Below are positions 60,501 to 64,000 of a stretch of DNA of 64,000 bases, piece by piece. Where the stretch lies: the NCBI GenBank assembly GCA_051362555.1, contig CM120643.1:13800644-13864643 (forward strand). The letters run 5' to 3'. Position 1 is the first letter of the stretch, and each line of letters begins with the position of its first letter. This DNA is from Lingula anatina. Lineage: Eukaryota; Animalia; Brachiopoda. The position numbers were made by a program, and so were the translations under genes. The notes under the pieces were generated by a model. The model was not told the DNA's origin and searched no databases. It saw only the letters and a program-made list of their open reading frames with translations.

Positions 60501-62287
60501 GTGAATAAGCGATAAAAAGGTGACACAGAGCGCTTTCAGAACAGCAGACTAACAGATATCATATGACCCACCCAGTTGAATGCATGTTGTGTAATCCCTG
60601 CAGGGAATCTATTCAGTGTTGAACCAGGAATTAAGCTGCAACCTTTTTATTGGGTCACCATATTTGATTCACAGATCTTTTAGTCCGCTGTTCTGAATAG
60701 GCTCATATGTTATTAATTTAAAGCTGTGTAGCTTTTTTTTTGCCTGTCAGGACAGAGATTTTTGTTTTACTTGCACATAGTCGACAAATTACAGTATGGG
60801 AATACTAAGATTCACCATACTTCATTCATATGTTTCTAAAGGATAGCAGAGGAGTAGGCAATTGATGAAAGAAAAGATGAAATGTGACATTAACTAAAAG
60901 AATCACAACACTAATGAAATTTAAAGAACTTATGAACTTTATATGATAATTCTTTATTTCTGGCAATGAAATGAGTCCAAGTTAATTTCAGTTTGATTTC
61001 GAAGTTGATAAGATTATACAAAATTTAGTACATTATATTATTAATTTTTTTTTATTACATTTGTGTGTAGTTTTCCACAACCAAGTACTTAAACCATGTA
61101 TTTTAGCATGTAATTTTATATGGCCTCACTTTGTATATTTCAGGGACCACCCAGTGTTTTTGATGTACATTTTGATGAGTATAATAGCTGTGTTTAAATC
61201 TTATCCATCCTATGGGGACACAACACTATATATAGCCCTTTTACCTGTATGGTATTTTACATTTGAGTGTGAGTATGATATAACTACTTAAGAAAAGTTA
61301 TGTTGATACATTGTACATGAATGGTAATTTCATTGCAGTAATAGTTTTTGTAAATTAATTCTGTGTTGCTTACCACTACCTACTTAACACTGACATTTAA
61401 TCAACAGGTATTTTTTTTGTCTTTAACAAAAATCAAAATAACGTTTGGGGGAATATTGTAGGTTCGCTGTATTGCATTTTGCTTTATCCAAAATTTTGTT
61501 TATCAAATAAATAAGTAAATGAATAAATAGGTAACTGAATAAGTGTAAAGACCTATAGGATGTTAAAAATAATAAACTAAGCTAGATCAACATGAGCATT
61601 TGATGAAAATCATATGTACTTGTATGAGCCAGTGCTTTGTTCATCAAGAACTTTACTTAAAAGCTTGCTCTTTTTAATTGTGATTTTCTTAAATCTGTTT
61701 TCAGTTCAAAGAAACAGCTTTGTGATTGGCTGTATGTACATCAGTACAACAGTGCTGGCACCTATACTCTATTACCTGTGGATTTACGCAGGAAGTGCAA
61801 ATGCCAACTTTTACTTTGCTGTCACGTTAGTGTATAACACTGCTCAAGTAAGTGACTGATGACCATTTTTACTACATGGTAAACACTTGAAAATTTTGTC
61901 ACTTAAAAATAAATTAACATCTTTAAATGCCTGTATCTGACTTGGCCATATTAGGTGAAGAACTTTTCAAAATTATCCAGAGGCCCATTTTAAAGTTTGA
62001 TGAAATTTTCAAGACCAACTAAATTTTCAAGTTTTTACCGTTCTTCCCTTACAGTTGTGTTTGAGCATGTGAATGCTTACACCAGAGCTGTTTGTTTGCT
62101 TTAATAGGCATAAGGCAGTGCTTCTTACATAACAGTTCTATCATTGAACAGGTTTTTTTCTTTTTCTTTACAGATTTTCTTGATCACAGACATCTTGTTT
62201 GCATTCCTTAAAAGAGAATATCACCTGATTCATGGACTTAAACCCAAAGATTATGATGGCAAACCAGGAGTAGTGCAGCTAGAGTAA
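56406..62287 (+). CDS. PIGU: GPI transamidase subunit PIG-U (CDC91L1); 12 exons
   Basis: Exons 56406-56535, 56900-56964, 57628-57699, 57911-57973, 58486-58589, 58930-59030, 59410-59513, 59852-60009, 60353-60496, 61144-61268, 61705-61847, 62174-62287. Hallmarks [76 protein letters not shown]. Confidence 0.95.
57460..57541. repeat. (AT)n microsatellite (others at 32133-32190, 37495-37571, 45874-45939; (CT)n 50657-50703; (TTA)n 38229-38274)
   Basis: Directly visible. Confidence 0.95.
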
Positions 62288-63010
62288 AAAAAAAAGAAAC
62301 AAGACAAAAAAAATTATACTAGCAATTGACCCCTAGCTCAACATTGCACCCAAAGTTAATGTTTGCAGCTTAGCAAACATATAAGATGATGGGACGAAGA
62401 ACCCACAATCTTAAAATGGTCTTTCTAGTTTTTTTTTAAATTGAAAGAAGGATGTGGGGAAATTGACACGCTTTTGCCTACCAGTGATGACAGTGATTGG
62501 CAGCTTTCAACATGGGTTATTTCTTATTTTCATCCAGGATGGACTTTACAGGTTAAGCATCATGGATTGAAATCTGTCGTGTTCATCAGTGGCAAGAGTA
62601 AAAAGTAGGTTTGCATCTGGGGTAAAATTACTTCCTTTCTGAGTTTTGGGAGTTCATTGGGAACTCTCCAGAGGTATGTTGTTTAAAATGGTGATGAGAG
62701 ACAATCAAACTAATCTGGTCTAGTACAAGGCAACTCAGAAAATAATTATTGGTTTGTTTACTGTCAATGGATTTTTGGTTTGTCCATGCAGCCTTTTGCA
62801 AACTGTCTAGTGTGAAGTATTTTTGTACATTATAAGAATTGCTAAAGAGCTCCATATCAATATGTTGCACGAGGACGTAGTCTGAAAGAATTTTCACACA
62901 GAATTTCAGAAAGAACATCATCACCAGGCTGTCCTCAGATAGTGAGTACACACTCAATGTGGTAGGTCTACAGAAAATGGCTTGTATTGATGGATTTCAA
63001 CAACTGTCCC

Positions 63011-63041
<31 letters not shown>

Positions 63042-63778
63042 ACTCATACACACACTCCAATCATTTTTCTCAGCCTTACTCTTTTGTATGTAATTTATGG
63101 ATGTTGGACATGTTCTCTTTCCATTTTTACTTAATTAAAAAATTTTTTTAAGTGGAGAGTGGCACATTTTTTCTTGCTAGGTTCAATATTTGCTTGTAAA
63201 AGAAAAGGTTTTGAGAGAAGTGTGTGTGTTTGTTGGTGGGAAGTTTAGGGAAGGGGGGTACACTGGCCTACATTCTTATCACCCCCAGATTATTCAGTTT
63301 TTATTCAGTTTTCAATTATCCAGTTTTTAAAATTGTTTCAAAGCTAGCATTTACTTATTTGAAAGTTTGGGGAAAATATGTCATGTTTAATGTAAGCGTT
63401 ATAGATTGAACCCATACATAGCTTGAACACAGATTTCCACTACAGTTTCTTGTTTCATTATCAGGTGGAGTGAGGATTAGATTAACACATTTCAATGAGG
63501 GTTGTAAAAGATTTTAAAAAGAACTAGTCTTATGACATGAGGGCAGTGAAATCTCTGACCATAGTATCTAATGGTTTCTTCCCTGAGAAGGGACCTTAAA
63601 ACAAAATTGCCATTTATAGTGACTTTGATTGTTGAATTAATGACTTGGATCTGCAATTTATTCCAATTATAACATCATTAATTTCACAGTCACAGTGACT
63701 TATTCTCAGGTTCACTCTACACCACAAAAGGTAATTATCACTTATGATGATTTGAGAAGAGAAATAATATTTATAACC

Positions 63779-63792
63779 CAGGCCCGTAGGCA

Positions 63793-63825
<33 letters not shown>

Positions 63826-63961
63826 CGAAAGAACCGCCCCTTTTGTCAGGAAAAGGTCCATTTTGTTTAAAATTTGATCTAGGTACACATAAGTTTCATT
63901 GTAAAATGTCCACTTTTTCAGAAAAAGAACCCCCATTTTGAATTTGCTGGCCACAGGCCTG
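63779..63961. mobile_element. MITE with CAGGCCCGTAG-type termini and 5-bp TSD TAACC (hAT5-like)
   Basis: TAACC|CAGGCCCGTAGGCAG...CTGGCCACAGGCCTG|TAACC. Confidence 0.75.
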
Positions 63962-64000
63962 TAACCTGACATACTGTTTTAAGCGTATTAAAATCTAAAG

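Noticed and set aside
51272-62287. GPI-anchored Ly6 gene near the GPI transamidase subunit PIGU as a functional cluster
   Set aside because: PIGU is a housekeeping gene serving all GPI proteins; there is no evidence beyond proximity.

Overview
AT-rich, intron-rich animal DNA; the repeat landscape suggests a marine invertebrate, probably a lophotrochozoan (inference). Spliced genes were reconstructed by hand from GT-AG sites and phase. In order: (1) a 10-exon FAD-linked aldonolactone-oxidase (GULO/ALO-family) gene with an N-terminal signal-peptide-like exon (12-6768). (2) An ~11-13.5 kb tandem duplication (5219-16281 / 16282-~29866) carrying two intact SLC16/MCT-type transporter genes and an orphan 3' half of the oxidase. 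(3) An older duplicated two-gene cassette: a single-exon, probably secreted Thr/Ser-rich protein with twin 'SY-x-SWMWT' motifs on the minus strand, divergent from a 3-exon single-domain TagD/ECT-like cytidylyltransferase on the plus strand. (4) A Ly6/uPAR (quiver-like) gene. (5) An atypical DUSP3-like phosphatase head-to-head with a complete 12-exon PIGU. Intergenic and intronic DNA holds a frameshifted PIF/Harbinger transposase, many MITE families (TTA/TAA, TTAA and 5-bp TSDs), a Helentron-type element, long palindromes, and Penelope-type minimal hammerhead-ribozyme motifs. The best candidates for undescribed biology are the duplicated secreted-protein + cytidylyltransferase cassette, the apparently secreted GULO-like oxidase with an altered substrate motif, and the hammerhead-bearing palindrome in the cassette's shared upstream region. 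No database searches were possible; family calls rest on recognised motifs.
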